Source of the DNA: Moorella sp. Hama-1
GTDB lineage: Bacteria > Bacillota > DSM-521 > Neomoorellales > Neomoorellaceae
Assembly (NCBI RefSeq): GCF_023734095.1
Contig: NZ_AP024620.1
Location: 3,259,570-3,283,569 of the forward strand
Direction: 5' to 3'
Length of the DNA: 24,000 nucleotides
Both the position numbers and the translations under genes were made by a program. Shown piece by piece: positions 22,713 through 24,000 of this stretch; the stretch's first letter is position 1; every line of letters begins with the position of its first letter. The notes below the pieces were generated by a model that saw only the letters and a list, made by a program, of their open reading frames with translations, was not told the DNA's origin and ran no database searches.

Positions 22713-22749
22713 AAAATAAAAGCCCCCTCTCCGGTCAGGGACGAGGGGT
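22713..22749 (-). terminator. T-box terminator
   Basis: Reverse strand ACCCCTCGTCCCTGACCGGAGAGGGGGCTTTTATTTT. Confidence 0.9.
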
Positions 22750-22974
22750 TCTCGTGGTTCCACCCTGGTTGAGGATTGCTCCTCCACTCAACGGGTAATA
22801 ATTTCCCGGGCCGTAACGGGGCCTGCCGGCAGGACCTACTCCCTCAAAAATTTCAGCCCTGCAGCTCCCAGGTGCATTTCAACGCCCGGTGTATCCAGGG
22901 CCACTTCCAGCCGCCGGTGGTCCCTCTCTGGTGATTCCCGGTACGCTTACTCTCCTGTTCCTCGCTATTAATAC
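22713..22974 (-). promoter_or_regulatory. T-box riboswitch, Cys-specific
   Basis: T-box AGGGTGGAACCACG (22753-22766), Stem I motifs (AGAGTAAGCG, CCAGAGAGGGA), candidate UGC specifier (22874-22876, context GAAATGCACC), UGGA bulge fits tRNA-Cys UCCA end; upstream of cysE-cysS. Confidence 0.93.
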
Positions 22975-22980
22975 AGGGTA

Positions 22981-23010
22981 ATTATAAACCGGGGGCGACT
23001 GTACTGTCAA
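22981..23010 (-). promoter_or_regulatory. Sigma-A promoter for T-box-cysE-cysS, inside the 3' end of ispF
   Basis: TTGACA (23005-23010), 18 nt, TATAAT (22981-22986). Confidence 0.8.
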
Positions 23011-23476
23011 GGAGCAATACTACGGCCTGGGCGGCGATACCCTCACCCCGCCCGGTAAAGCCCAGCCCCTCGGTAGTAGTGGCCTTGACGCTTATTTTAC
23101 CCGGATCTACACCCAGGGTGGTGGCGATACGGGTTCGCATGTCGGCGATATAGGGTGCCAGGCGGGGTTCCTGGGCGATAATAATGGTATCGGCGTTGGC
23201 CAGGGAATAGCCCGCGGCGCGGACGTGCCGGTAGGCCTCCTTTAACAGGAGCAGGCTGTCGGCGTCGCGATAGCGGGGGTCGCCGGGGGGAAAATAGTGG
23301 CCAATATCCCCCAGGGCAGCCGCCCCCAGGAGGGCGTCGGCCAGGGCATGGAGCAAAACGTCGGCGTCGGAGTGCCCCTCCAGTCCCCGGGTGTATGGAA
23401 TAGTCACGCCCCCCAGCACCAGCCTCCGGCCGGGAACCAGGCGATGAACGTCATAGCCACAGCCAATCCGCATCAA
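22982..23476 (-). CDS. ispF: 2-C-methyl-D-erythritol 2,4-cyclodiphosphate synthase
   Basis: 164 aa, [62 protein letters not shown]. Confidence 0.98.
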   Translation of the reverse strand: MMRIGCGYDVHRLVPGRRLVLGGVTIPYTRGLEGHSDADVLLHALADALLGAAALGDIGHYFPPGDPRYRDADSLLLLKEAYRHVRAAGYSLANADTIIIAQEPRLAPYIADMRTRIATTLGVDPGKISVKATTTEGLGFTGRGEGIAAQAVVLLLDSTVAPGL

Positions 23477-24000
23477 CCGGCACCCCCCAGGAGGGCCCCG
23501 GCCAGGACCAGGTCACCGGGGGTGGTGATTTTAATATTCGTTTCCTCTCCAGGAACCAGCTTGACGGGGTAACCCATCCTTTCTACCAGGGTAGCGTCGT
23601 CGGTTGCCTGCCAGCCCCTTTGCGCCGCCTCATGGTAAGCCTCATCCAGCCATTCACGGCGGAATACCTGGGGGGTCTGGACGGACCAGAGGCCGCGGCG
23701 ATCCAAGGTAGCTGTCACCAGCCCGTCTGCCCCCCCCTGCTTGAGGGTCTCCTTGACCGGCAGGGCCACAATAGCGGCCCCCGTGGTCCGGGCCGCCATA
23801 ATCACCCTCTCCAGCAATGCCGCCGTTAAAAAAGGCCGTGCACCATCGTGCACGGCCACCCATTCTGCTGCCGGCGCCACGGCTTGGAGGGCTGCGGCGA
23901 TGGAATCCTGGCGTTCGGCGCCGCCGGCAACTATCGCCCTGACTTTGTCGCCCCCGTCCCTGGCCGCCACCTGCCGGCAGCGGGGGATATCCTCCGGCCG
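23473..24000 (-). CDS. ispD: 2-C-methyl-D-erythritol 4-phosphate cytidylyltransferase (5' end beyond window)
   Basis: [20 protein letters not shown]...[10 protein letters not shown]...[15 protein letters not shown]...[32 protein letters not shown]; frame stays open to 24000; overlaps ispF by 4 nt. Confidence 0.96.
   Translation of the reverse strand, partial: RPEDIPRCRQVAARDGGDKVRAIVAGGAERQDSIAAALQAVAPAAEWVAVHDGARPFLTAALLERVIMAARTTGAAIVALPVKETLKQGGADGLVTATLDRRGLWSVQTPQVFRREWLDEAYHEAAQRGWQATDDATLVERMGYPVKLVPGEETNIKITTPGDLVLAGALLGGAG

Overview
The window is almost entirely a conserved Firmicutes (Clostridia-like, GC-rich, probably Moorella-type; this taxonomic guess is inference) housekeeping region on the minus strand. 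In transcription order from the right edge: ispD(partial)-ispF, Cys T-box-cysE-cysS, mrnC-thyX, rlmB-yacP, sigH, tRNA-Tyr/fMet/Thr, ychF, two tiny hydrophobic ORFs, one plus-strand EamA-like gene, rpmG-secE-nusG-rplK-rplA-[L10 leader]-rplJ-rplL-rpoB-rpoC-L7Ae-like-rpsL-rpsG-fusA(partial). No defence system, CRISPR array, prophage or transposase is visible. The unexplained signals are non-coding. (1) A ~305-315 bp structured repeat is present twice in the same orientation, each time just upstream of a ribosome-binding site (before rplL and before cysE), with an exact 60-nt core and an inner near-perfect inverted repeat. (2) A heptad-plus-hairpin element (tandem NRTGRGA heptads, 8-9 nt, hairpin with invariant CTGCG loop and covarying stem) occurs twice, once inside the tRNA cluster. 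(3) Two unannotated tiny hydrophobic ORFs (25 and 36 aa) each follow an identical sigma-K-like promoter arrangement, AC-17 nt-CATAnnnTA. Also notable are a consensus promoter inside the 3' end of ispF driving the Cys T-box, an attenuator-plus-promoter between rplL and rpoB, and an SD-adjacent hairpin in the L10 leader.
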